Sequence record: NZ_CP064874.1
Direction: 5' to 3' (one strand)
DNA length: 64,000 nt
Source of the DNA: a plasmid
Part shown: positions 1-8,329 of the stretch, one piece after another
How positions within the stretch are numbered: position 1 is the stretch's first letter
How the letters are laid out: each line of letters opens with the position of its first letter
Notes under the pieces: model-generated
Seen by the model: only the letters and a program-made list of their open reading frames with translations
Told to the model about the DNA's origin: nothing
Database searches by the model: none
Made by a program: the position numbers and the translations under genes

Positions 1-750
1 ACCTGCTCGGCGCGGACCTCCTGCCAGTAGGTGAGCTGATCGTCGGTCGCGGCCAGCTCCCTCTCGAGCCGTTCGGCGTAGGCGCCGGTGGCTGCAGCCG
101 TGACCTCGACATACCCGCCAGGAAGGGTGCGGCTTGACCCGTCGAGACGTCGACGGATGCCGGCGCGATCTGCGCGGAGCTTCTCGATCCGGTTCGCCAC
201 GGTGATCGGCGCATACCGTGCATCGGTCGCCGCGGCCGCGACGTCGGCACGCACCTGGGCGCGCCGTGCCGCCGCGTCGGCGTCGATGGAGCGGCGGATC
301 GCCGCGTCCGCCTTGCCGATCGCTCGGCGGTGGCCGGCCTCCGAGTGGTGTCCGACCTTGATGGGCTCGCCACCTTCGGGGAGGCGTCGCAGCGCGCGGG
401 CCGCGCGCTCTGCCTCTTCGGTGGCGTCCTGGTGTCGTCGATCTGCGCGCACCGCCAGGGCGGCAGCGCGATCGTTCCTGCGGTCGACCAGGTCAGCCTC
501 GACGACGGCCGCGGCCCGGCGTTCATAGTCGATCGAGATCTCGACGACGAACCCGGCAGCGGTGAGCTGCTCGGCGGTGCGGTTGATGATCGCGATCTTC
601 GGTTCGCGGTCGCGGGAGTGGGGGATGTACCAAGATCCGAGCGCCCGGCTCCACCGCCAGCCGTTGGCCTTGAGAGTATCGGCCGTGCCGTCGCCCCGGC
701 TGGTCCCTTCGATGAGGGTGCCTTCCGCGGCCGCGTGGATGATCGTGAGC
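1..750 (-). CDS. DUF3560-domain protein (3' ~250 codons; gene continues past window start)
   Basis: Reverse-strand translation from ATG at 748-750 reads MMLTIIHAAAEGTLIEGTSRGDGTADTLKANGWRWSRALGSWYIP..., a typical DUF3560 N-terminus of actinobacterial conjugative elements. GC3 bias is strong. It is absent from the ORF track because it runs off the window edge. Confidence 0.55.
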
Positions 751-751
751 A

Positions 752-1267
752 TCATGGCCGGCTCCCTTCCCGCGCGGCCGCGTCGTGCGTGAGAGGGTGG
801 CGGAATCCGATCTCCCGTTCCCAGACCTCGGCGGCGCGATGCAGGCCCTCATACTCCTTCACGCCCAGGTGGTCCGGGGAGTCGACGAGCGGGCGGTGAG
901 CGAACCGTCGCGCGATCGCGTCGCCGAGGCGTTCGACGAGGTCACGCGCAGGGGACTGATCCCATCCGGGGTGATGGCAGGAGACTTCGGCGAGCAGTAG
1001 ACGGCTGCGCTCGATCTGCAACGCCTGCTCGTCATCGGCATGGGGGACGATCTCGGCGACCGGCTGCCATTCGTAGCGCGGTGCGGCGATGTGCTGCTTG
1101 ATCGCGTAGCTGACGCTCGCGTAGTTCTCATCCCAGAGGCTCTGACCCATCCGGTCGGCGTTCTCGGCGAGCTCGCGCGGAGTGCTGCTGCGGTAGGCGG
1201 GTGTGGAAATGTAGGCGGCGGTGACCAACAGGTCGATGGTGTCGCGGTTCACGGGAAACGCGCGCAT
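752..1267 (-). CDS. hypothetical protein (first gene of an operon with the DUF3560 gene)
   Basis: The ORF track gives 752..1297. The ATG at 1297 lies in the centre of the operator palindrome and has no RBS. The internal Met at 1267 (MRAFPVNRDT...) is preceded by GAGGGGG at the right spacing, so this start is preferred. The stop overlaps the start of the downstream gene (ATGA). Confidence 0.5.
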   Translation of the reverse strand: MRAFPVNRDTIDLLVTAAYISTPAYRSSTPRELAENADRMGQSLWDENYASVSYAIKQHIAAPRYEWQPVAEIVPHADDEQALQIERSRLLLAEVSCHHPGWDQSPARDLVERLGDAIARRFAHRPLVDSPDHLGVKEYEGLHRAAEVWEREIGFRHPLTHDAAAREGSRP

Positions 1268-1284
1268 GATGACCCCCTCAGGTG

Positions 1285-1331
1285 GTGAATGTGACATTCA
1301 CTACCCTAGAATCAGTCGGCGCTCATGTCAA
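1285..1331 (-). promoter_or_regulatory. promoter plus palindromic operator, copy 1
   Basis: Read on the minus strand: TTGACA (1326-1331), 17 nt, TAGGGT (1303-1308), then GTGAATGTCACATTCAC (1285-1301), then GAGGGGG and ATG at 1267. Confidence 0.5.
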
Positions 1332-1410
1332 GACGTCGTCGTCGTCGTCGTCGCTGTGGTGGTGGCGCCAAGCAGCCGCCACGCTGCGGACGGAGGTCGG
1401 GTAGTACCGG

Positions 1411-2541
1411 GTGCGAGTGGTCTGGCCGGATAGCGTTGGGATCGTGCCGAAGTCGTTGTCGATGAATGAGATCCGAGCCCGCGCTGCGCAGTTCACCCGT
1501 GACTGGCAGGACGAGCCCGGCGACGAGCGACAGCAAGCGCAGTCCTTCGTCCGGGATCTGCTCGGCGTGTACGGGATAACCCAGACCCGCGCGGCGTTCT
1601 ACGAGAAGCGTGTCAAGCGCTCGTCGACCGGCTCGCGCGGATACATCGACGCGCTGATCCCTGGTCTCGCGCTGATCGAAATGAAGTCCGCCGGCAAGGA
1701 TCTCGTCGCGGCTGAGCAGCAGGCGCTCGACTACATTGACGACCTTCCTGACCCGGAGGTTCCTCGGTGGGTAATCACGAGCGACTTCCGCCGGTTCCGT
1801 CTGCTCGATCTCCACGCTGAGAGCGAGGGTGTGCAGGAGTTCGCCCTGACCCAGATGCGGGATCGCGCTGACGTGCTCGCCTTCCTCGCCGGGTACGGTG
1901 AGCGCACCTTCGGATCGAAGGCGCAGGAGTCTGCGTCGATCAAAGCGGCAAAGCTGATGGCGTCCCTCTACGAGGCCCTCGAGGGGTCTGGGTACGACGA
2001 TCACGAGGCGTCGGTGTTCCTGGTGCGCACCTTGTTCGCCCTCTACGCCGATGACGCCGGAGTGTGGGATCGCGATCTGTTCCTCGAGTTCCTCGAGACC
2101 CGCACCGCGACGGATGGTTCCGACCTCGGGCCTCAGCTGTCGTTGCTGTACCAGGTCATGGGACGTGAGCCGTCTCGTCGGCAGTCAAACCTCGACGAGC
2201 TAATCTCGCGATTCCCCTACGTCAACGGTGGAGTCTTCGAGGAATCGGTGTCGATCCCGTCGTTCGACGCAGGCATGCGTGACCGGCTGATCGCGGCTGC
2301 AATGTTCAACTGGTCGGCGATCTCGCCGGCCATCTTCGGCAGCCTCTTCCAGGCCGTCAAAGACAAGACCGCTCGGCGTGAGCTCGGCGAGCACTACACC
2401 ACCGAGACCAACATCATGAAGGTCATCGGCCCGATGTTCCTCGATGAGCTGCGGCAGCGGTTCACGGACGGGTACCACGACACCGCCAAGCTCAAGAAGC
2501 TGCGTGCGGACATGGGGCTGATGCGATTCCTTGATCCAGCG
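1411..2541 (+). pseudogene. MmeI-family type IIG restriction-modification enzyme, N-terminal fragment (endonuclease domain, helical spacer, start of MTase motif I), disrupted by insertion
   Basis: MNEIRARAAQFTRDWQDEPGDERQQAQSFVRDLLGVYGI...LIEMKSAGKDL...DFRRFRL matches the MmeI N-terminus motif for motif. Homology stops after ...FLDPA (codon gcg at 2539-2541); the residues after that in the ORF are insertion-derived. The true start is probably the Met at 1462. Confidence 0.85.
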
Positions 2542-2542
2542 T

Positions 2543-2575
2543 TTATGCGCAAGTCGGGTGTCTCACGAGACAGCG
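2543..2575. repeat. left terminal inverted repeat of the 31-kb insertion
   Basis: ttatgcgcaagtcgggtgtctcacgagacagcg aligns at roughly 70% with the reverse complement of 33848..33880 (shared TTATG.G.A.G.TCGG.T..GTGTCTCA..CGAC). Confidence 0.45.
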
Positions 2576-2890
2576 GAAGATCGGCCATCAACTCGGGTGG
2601 GCTGGGGGCTCACGATAGCGGCGGTAAGCCATCCGGCTTCTACGACAATTCGGGAGTAGCGCGTTCAGCAGCAGCTGCTGCGACCGCGCGTGCAGTTACG
2701 GCGGTTGCCAGCAGGTGACTCTTGGCCGCCCGATCGGGTTGCCACGAATTGTCTGCAGCCACCGTACCCAGCTCTTCCAACACAACTGCGAGGGCGGCCT
2801 TGACATCATCCTCGCCGATCGCGAGTGGCGCCTGCGCAAGCTGCGTGAGTTGCGTCGGGTTGAACACCTGTGCCCCGAGCGCTTTCGTCA

Positions 2891-3145
2891 CTAGGGCGTG
2901 TTGATCAAGAGGTTCAGGCTCAGGATCGGCGAGTCTCGATGGTGTGACGCGTCAGGAGATCTCGGATGAGGTGTGGGCTGTTCTGGAGCCGCTGATGCCG
3001 GTGCCGGTTGGCAGGTCGCGGCCGTGGACGGATCATCGTCTCGCGGTCGAGGGCATGGCCTGGAAGTACCGCACGGGGGCGCCCTGGCGGGATGTGCCGG
3101 AGCGGTTCGGGAAGTGGAACTCGATCTACAAGCGGTTCGCGCGCG
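2891..3145 (+). mobile_element. IS5-family (IS427/IS1031-like) fragment: left IR plus N-terminal part of OrfA
   Basis: IR CTAGGGCGTGTTGATCAAGAGG at 2891-2912. ORF 2944.. encodes MTRQEISDEVWAVLEPLMPVPVGRSRPWTDHRLAVEGMAWKYRTGAPWRDVPERFGKWNSIYKRFAR, a DUF4096-type OrfA N-terminus. Homology is lost after about 3140. Confidence 0.6.
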
Positions 3146-3163
3146 CCCTACAAGCTGTCCGAG

Positions 3164-3616
3164 GTGGAGAACCGAACTCTCAAGTCCGAGCACCCTCAGG
3201 AGAACCGATGCTCCTTCTGCGTCGGCCAGAAGAACTACACCTGGTACCCCGTCGAGGACATCACGGTCGTACGCCGCTGGACCGCGAGTAGCGTCTACTG
3301 GCCAGACCGCGGAGGTAGAGAATCGGGCGGCTGGTACTCATGGAGATGCCCCAGCCACCCCTTTGATGGCAAGCCCTCGCCGCGGGTACACGATGCCCCC
3401 GATCATCTTCGCCCGAAGTACACCGCGCGATGTCGCATTGTGGAGCTGGGGCGCGCCTGCGGCGAACCCGCAGTCGGCCGCTTCGATAGCGCGTGGCTTT
3501 GCGAACGTCATGCCAGGCCAGTCCTCCTCAGTCAGCGAGACGAGGGGCTGCTGCGAGATGACGACCTTCAGATCAGCGACCCGAACGAAGCGCCTGACGG
3601 CCCAGCCGAGAGATAG
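3164..3616 (+). CDS. hypothetical Cys-rich protein (possible fragment)
   Basis: Open frame with good GC3 (…CSFCVGQKNYTWYPVEDITVVRRW…WRCPSHPFDGKPSP…). It has no ATG; the only candidate start is a GTG at 3164. It lies immediately after the IS fragment breakpoint. Confidence 0.25.
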   Translation: MENRTLKSEHPQENRCSFCVGQKNYTWYPVEDITVVRRWTASSVYWPDRGGRESGGWYSWRCPSHPFDGKPSPRVHDAPDHLRPKYTARCRIVELGRACGEPAVGRFDSAWLCERHARPVLLSQRDEGLLRDDDLQISDPNEAPDGPAER

Positions 3617-3814
3617 AGGGGGCCCGGGGGTTCGCGGCGGCGGTGCCCCGACGGGAAAACCGCGTATCGGTTACAGGAAACGCAGGAACAGCACCACGCC
3701 CCGATCCGCACCAGGACAGGTTGTGCCAACAGCCCACCATCGTCGTGTCTGCTGACCCGGAAAGTTCGCGCGTTCACGCGGCCGTAACGCGGACGCAATC
3801 GTCCCGACGCGGAC

Positions 3815-4003
3815 GTGCGTAACTCTTACTGTGATCACAAATCACAAGAGCGGAGCACGTATGGAAGCGCAGCTGTCAACCTCGCCGCACCGTCCTGGTC
3901 GACCGTCGTGGCCGGGCTCGCCGTCTCGGCGGTCGCGTACCTCGCGCTCAGCATGCTGACCCGCACAGCCTCTCGCACCCCGGCTGTCACGACGGCCGCC
4001 TGA
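3815..4003 (+). CDS. possible small membrane protein
   Basis: Frame contains a hydrophobic stretch WSTVVAGLAVSAVAYLALSML and ends 35 bp before the amidase gene. The start codon is uncertain. Confidence 0.2.
   Translation: MRNSYCDHKSQERSTYGSAAVNLAAPSWSTVVAGLAVSAVAYLALSMLTRTASRTPAVTTAA
3830..3846. promoter_or_regulatory. palindromic motif TGTGATCACA(AATCACA) upstream of the small-ORF/amidase unit
   Basis: A 10-bp perfect palindrome followed by a third half-site, about 200 bp upstream of the amidase start. Confidence 0.25.
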
Positions 4004-4037
4004 ACCAGACGACCTCCCTCCCGAAAGGAATCCGCTG

Positions 4038-5492
4038 ATGCCCCAGAACCACAACGTCGAAGAGCTCACCATCGCTCGCTTCCACGAAGGGATACGCACG
4101 GGGCAGCTGACCTCGCGCGCGCTCACCCAGTGGTACCTCGACCGCATCGCGGCACACAACGTCGACGGGGCCGCGATCAACGCCGTGGTCACGGTCAATC
4201 CGTCGGCGCTCGCCGAGGCGGAGGCGCGGGACGCCGCGTTCTCCGCCTCGGGGCAGCTCACCGGCCCGCTCCACGGCGTCCCGATCCTGGTGAAGGATCA
4301 GGCCGAGACGGCGGGCATCGCCACGTCGTTCGGATCGGCCGCCTTCGCCGATTACATCCCCGAGGCCGACGCGCGGGTCGTCGCGCTGCTGCGCGCGGCC
4401 GGCGCGGTTATCCTCGCCAAGACGGCCATGTGCGACTTCGCGGCCGGCTGGTTCTCGTCGTCGTCGCGGACGGGCCACACGCGCAACGCGTACGACCCGG
4501 CGCGCGACTCGGGCGGGTCCAGCGCAGGCACCGGCGCGGGTGTCTCGGCCGACTTCGGCCTCGTGGGCGTGGGCGAAGACACCGGCGGCTCTATCCGCAT
4601 CCCCGCGTCGTTCAACAACATCTACGGTCTGCGGGTGACGACCGGCCTGATCAGCCGCACCGGGTTCTCGCCGCTCGTCCACTTCCAGGACACCCCCGGT
4701 CCGATGGCGCGCACGGTCGAGGACCTCGCGACGCTCCTCGAGGTGATGGTGGGGTACGACCCCGCCGACGAGTACACGGCGGTGGCCGCCACGGAGCCGT
4801 CGGTCGGCGGATACGCCGCGGCCGTCGTCGACGCGCCGCCCATGTCGCAGTGGTGTGTCGGGGTGCTCGAGACCGCGTTCGGCAGTGGGGGCGACGCCGA
4901 AGAGGTCAACCGGGTGGTGCGCGACGCGATCGCGGCGATGGCGGATGCGGGTGCGACGATCGTCGAGGGCCTCGAGATCGACGGCCTGCCGGAGTGGATC
5001 TCCGACACGTCGGTCTACAGGCAGTCGCGGAGCGACCTGAACCGCTTCCTCGGGTCACGGAAAGGCCCCGTCTCCTCTTTCGATGAGCTGAACGACCTCA
5101 TCCCCGCGATCGCAGCCGGGCCTGAACAGGTCGAGGGCGATGCCGAGGTGACACGCCTCCGCCTCAACCAGGAGCACTTCCGCCGCCTGCTGCGCACGCT
5201 CTTCGCCGACTCGGGTGCCGCCCTGATCGTCTATCCCACCGTGCAGGTGCCGGCGCCGACGCATGACGGGCTCCGCTCGGGCGAGTACACCGCCCTCACG
5301 TTCCCCACCAACACGGTCATCGCCTCGCAAGCGGGCTTCCCCGCCGTCTCGATCCCGGTCGGGTTCACCGAGAGCGGGCTCGCGGTCGGGCTCGAAGTGC
5401 TGGGCACGCCGTTCACCGAGCAGCGCCTGCTGCAGTTCGCGGCTGCCCTCGCCCCGCTCGTCGACGCGCGTCGGGCGCCGGTCCTTGGCTGA
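4038..5492 (+). CDS. amidase (amidase-signature family)
   Basis: 484 aa. Contains the GGSSAGTGAGVS(A) and GVGEDTGGSIRIPASFNNIYGLRVTTG signature motifs. Confidence 0.85.
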   Translation: MPQNHNVEELTIARFHEGIRTGQLTSRALTQWYLDRIAAHNVDGAAINAVVTVNPSALAEAEARDAAFSASGQLTGPLHGVPILVKDQAETAGIATSFGSAAFADYIPEADARVVALLRAAGAVILAKTAMCDFAAGWFSSSSRTGHTRNAYDPARDSGGSSAGTGAGVSADFGLVGVGEDTGGSIRIPASFNNIYGLRVTTGLISRTGFSPLVHFQDTPGPMARTVEDLATLLEVMVGYDPADEYTAVAATEPSVGGYAAAVVDAPPMSQWCVGVLETAFGSGGDAEEVNRVVRDAIAAMADAGATIVEGLEIDGLPEWISDTSVYRQSRSDLNRFLGSRKGPVSSFDELNDLIPAIAAGPEQVEGDAEVTRLRLNQEHFRRLLRTLFADSGAALIVYPTVQVPAPTHDGLRSGEYTALTFPTNTVIASQAGFPAVSIPVGFTESGLAVGLEVLGTPFTEQRLLQFAAALAPLVDARRAPVLG

Positions 5493-5544
5493 CGCGCGGC
5501 CGATGCAGGGGTCGGCGCCGCTCGCACGGCCCGCCCCGCGGAGG

Positions 5545-6282
5545 ATGGACATCAACGCCGATCTCGGCGAGAGCTTCGGCGCGTACCGGTATGGCAACGA
5601 TGACGAGCTGATGCCGCTCATCACGTCCGCCAACATCGCGTGCGGGTTTCACGCGGGCGACCCGGCGAGCATGCGCGAGGCAGTGCGGAGCGCGATCGAG
5701 CACGGGGTAGCGATCGGAGCGCACGTGGGCCTTCCCGACCGGCTCGGCTTCGGCCGACGCGAGATCGACATCAGCGTTGCAGACGCGTACGACTACACCC
5801 TGTACCAGTTGGCCGCGCTCGACGGGTTCGTACGGGCGGCCGGAGCTCGGATGCGCCACGTCAAGCCGCACGGCGCGCTCTACATGATGGCGTCGAAGAG
5901 CCCCGATCTTGCGGAGGGGATCAGTGCGGCCGTCCGCGACTTCGACCCCACGCTGGCGATGTACGTGCTGCCCGGTTCCCACGCCGAGCACGCCGCGGAG
6001 AGCGCCGGGCTTGCCGTACGGCGGGAGTTCTTTGCGGACCGCCCGTACGAGGGCAGCGACGTCGTCATGTTCGGGTGGACCTACGATCAACTCGGCGGTG
6101 AGCAGGGTGCTGCCTCCCGCGTCGCAGCGATGCTGGGCAACCGCGCCTTCGGATCCGTCGAGACGATCTGTGTGCACAGCGATACGGACGAAGCCCCGGA
6201 GCTTGTGCGAGCTGTCCGATCTGCTTTGCGTCACCGGCAGGTCGCGGTCGGGCTGTCCGCACCTCGAGCGGAGGGCGAGTAG
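5545..6282 (+). CDS. pxpA: LamB/YcsF family 5-oxoprolinase subunit A
   Basis: Starts MDINADLGESFGAYRYGNDDELMPLITSANIACGFHAGDP, the canonical LamB/YcsF N-terminus. The ORF-track entry 5263..6282 is an upstream extension that overlaps the amidase. Confidence 0.8.
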   Translation: MDINADLGESFGAYRYGNDDELMPLITSANIACGFHAGDPASMREAVRSAIEHGVAIGAHVGLPDRLGFGRREIDISVADAYDYTLYQLAALDGFVRAAGARMRHVKPHGALYMMASKSPDLAEGISAAVRDFDPTLAMYVLPGSHAEHAAESAGLAVRREFFADRPYEGSDVVMFGWTYDQLGGEQGAASRVAAMLGNRAFGSVETICVHSDTDEAPELVRAVRSALRHRQVAVGLSAPRAEGE

Positions 6283-6496
6283 GAGTAACCACAGCGCTCG
6301 ATCCGTCGTTCAGCCGCGTTCCTTTAGCCCACTGGCGCGCAAGAGGCCCGGAATTTCCACTGTCATCTCGCAGGACATCGGTGACACTTCTCGCGGTCTT
6401 GGTGGTAACACTTCGGCCGGTCGTATTGGTAAGTGACCCCTTCTGAGCCTGTTGATTCTCGTGTTCGTCTCGCCATCACGCAGTGGCCCGATAACG

Positions 6497-7954
6497 GGCT
6501 CTTCGGACATTCGGTGGGGGTCATGGGGTGAGTCCGCCGGCGGCGAGGAGCATGCGGAGCCGGTAGTTGTCGCGGTTGCGGAAGCCGCGGGCGAGGCGGC
6601 GGTGCAGCTCGATGATCCCGTTCACGGCCTCAGTGCCGCCGTTCGATGATCGTCCGGTCGTGAAGTAGGCCAGGAACGCGGCTCGCCAGCGGCGGAGGGT
6701 GCGGCCGAGGCGGGCGATCTCGGGGATCGGGCAGGTGTGGAATGTGTCGACGACCTTCTCCGCGATCTGGCGGCCCTCGGCGAGGTCCTTCTGGTGGTAG
6801 GCGGAACGCAGTTGCTGGGCGCACTGCCATGCGACGAACACCTCGTCGTGCGCGGGGTCGGCCTCGATCGCTGCCGCGAGCCTGGTCCGCTGCTTCTCGG
6901 TGAGGTTCTCGGCGCCGGCGCGGAGGATGGTCTGGATCCCGTAGAGCGGGTCGCCGGTCCGACCGCGATGCCCGAGGGTGTCCTGCTGGACGCGGCGGCG
7001 GACCTCGTCGACGGCGGCGGTGCCGAGCTTGACGACGTGGAATGCGTCCAGCACGGCCGTGGCGTCTTCGAGCTGGTCGTCGATCGCGGTCTTGTAGCCG
7101 GCGAACGGGTCAAGAGCCGCGACTTTCACGTTCTGCCGGAACGCTTCGCCGCGTTCGGCGAGCCAGGACGCGTAGGCCTTCCCGGAGCGGCCCGGCACCA
7201 GGTCGAGCAGCCTGGCCCGCGTCTTCCCGTCCGCGTCGCGGCTCAGATCGACCATCCCGGTAAGCTCCTTCGGACCGCGCTTGCGGGGGTCGACGTGATG
7301 CCAGATGTGCTCATCGACACCGAGCGTGGTGACGTTCTCGAATCGGGACTCGTCGGCCGCGAGCCGCTCCAACTCAGGCTCGACAGCGCGCCACACCGTC
7401 TTCCACGACGTGCCGAGCTGACGGGCGATACCGTGCACGGTGGCGTGCTCGCGGCGCAGCTGCCCGATCGCCCAGCCGACGGCGCGCGTGGTGATCGACC
7501 CGCGCCGGGCGACCAGACCCGGGAGCTGCTCCACGAACGTCCGCCGCGCGCATCCCACCTCGTCGCACCGCCAGACCCGCTGCCGCCATACGATCCGCAC
7601 CCGCGTCGTCGCGGGCACATCATGAAGCACCCGTCGACGGCGTCCGCGGCCGGTCGCGACGACCCCACACGAGGGGCAGCCGGTCGGCGCCGCTGGCGTC
7701 GAGACCGTCACCACCAGCAGCCCGTCGCGACGGTCGACGCGCTCGACATGGACATCGGGAAGACCCAGCAGAACGTCGCAGCGGGAACACGGATCAGCGG
7801 CAGAGCGCGCGGAAGCGCACCCCGAAGTAGGGTGAAGCACGTCGAGGTCCTCGTGAAGATCAGACAGTTAGCGCTACTGATCCTCGGGGACCTCGACCCC
7901 TACCCGCCGAACCCCACCCGGCAAGCCTCACCCCCACCGAATGTCCGAAGAGCC
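6497..7954 (-). mobile_element. ISL3-family insertion sequence (copy 1), 1458 bp, 8-bp TSD CGATAACG
   Basis: Terminal IRs GGCTCTTCGGACATTCGGTGGGGGT (6497..) and its reverse complement (..7954). Flanking direct repeats cgataacg at 6489-6496 and 7955-7962. Confidence 0.85.
6521..7840 (-). CDS. ISL3-family transposase
   Basis: 439 aa with an N-terminal zinc finger (CPSCG) and a typical ISL3 core (…LGVDEHIWHH…). The start is a GTG. Confidence 0.85.
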   Translation of the reverse strand: MLHPTSGCASARSAADPCSRCDVLLGLPDVHVERVDRRDGLLVVTVSTPAAPTGCPSCGVVATGRGRRRRVLHDVPATTRVRIVWRQRVWRCDEVGCARRTFVEQLPGLVARRGSITTRAVGWAIGQLRREHATVHGIARQLGTSWKTVWRAVEPELERLAADESRFENVTTLGVDEHIWHHVDPRKRGPKELTGMVDLSRDADGKTRARLLDLVPGRSGKAYASWLAERGEAFRQNVKVAALDPFAGYKTAIDDQLEDATAVLDAFHVVKLGTAAVDEVRRRVQQDTLGHRGRTGDPLYGIQTILRAGAENLTEKQRTRLAAAIEADPAHDEVFVAWQCAQQLRSAYHQKDLAEGRQIAEKVVDTFHTCPIPEIARLGRTLRRWRAAFLAYFTTGRSSNGGTEAVNGIIELHRRLARGFRNRDNYRLRMLLAAGGLTP

Positions 7955-8259
7955 CGATAACGCGCCGCGCGGGGCGGTGAGCACGTTCTGTGTCGAGCAC
8001 GGGATCTCCCGCAAGACGTTCTACGCGATCCGTAAGCGCGTCGCCGAGGAAGGGCCTGCCGCGGCGCTCGAGCCGAGGTCGCGTCGTCCGAAGTCGAGCC
8101 CGTCGAAGCTGAGCGACGAGGTCAAACGGCAGGCAATCGGTGTGCCGGCGGCGTTGGAGCAGTCCGGGCTGGACCACGGTCCGATCAGCGTGCACGACAG
8201 GATGCGCACGCTGAGGATGGACCCTGTGCCGTCGACGGCGTCGCTGGCGCGGATCTCCT

Positions 8260-8329
8260 CTAGGCCGTGTTGATCATGAGGGTTCACTCACCCACCGAGG
8301 AGCGGAACCTCTTGATCAACACGCCCTAG
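8260..8329. mobile_element. 70-bp MITE-like element made of IS5-family terminal inverted repeats
   Basis: CTAGGCCGTGTTGATCATGAGG (8260-8281), a 26-bp spacer, then CCTCTTGATCAACACGCCCTAG (8308-8329). The second IR is the exact reverse complement of the IR at 2891-2912. Confidence 0.55.

Larger units (their letters stand above)
6436..8259 (+). pseudogene. IS481-family transposase gene remnant (5' end disrupted by ISL3, 3' end truncated by the MITE)
   Basis: After removing ISL3 the reading frame joins VTPSELLILVRLAITQWPDNAPRGAVSTFCVEHGISRKTFYAIRKRVAEEGPAAALEPRSRRPKSSPSKLSDEV...DPVPSTASLARI, an IS481-type N-terminal HTH and linker. It ends at the MITE (8260). Confidence 0.55.

Noticed and set aside
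752-1297. ATG at 1297 as the start of the first backbone gene
   Set aside because: That ATG is the centre of the operator palindrome (GTGAATGTCACATTCAC) and lacks an RBS. The Met at 1267 with GAGGGGG is preferred.
2640-2891. 83-aa minus ORF between the insertion's left IR and the IS5-family IR
   Set aside because: It starts on a GTG inside the IS terminal repeat and has no recognisable family. It is possibly a gene tail truncated by the IS, but there is not enough evidence to call it.
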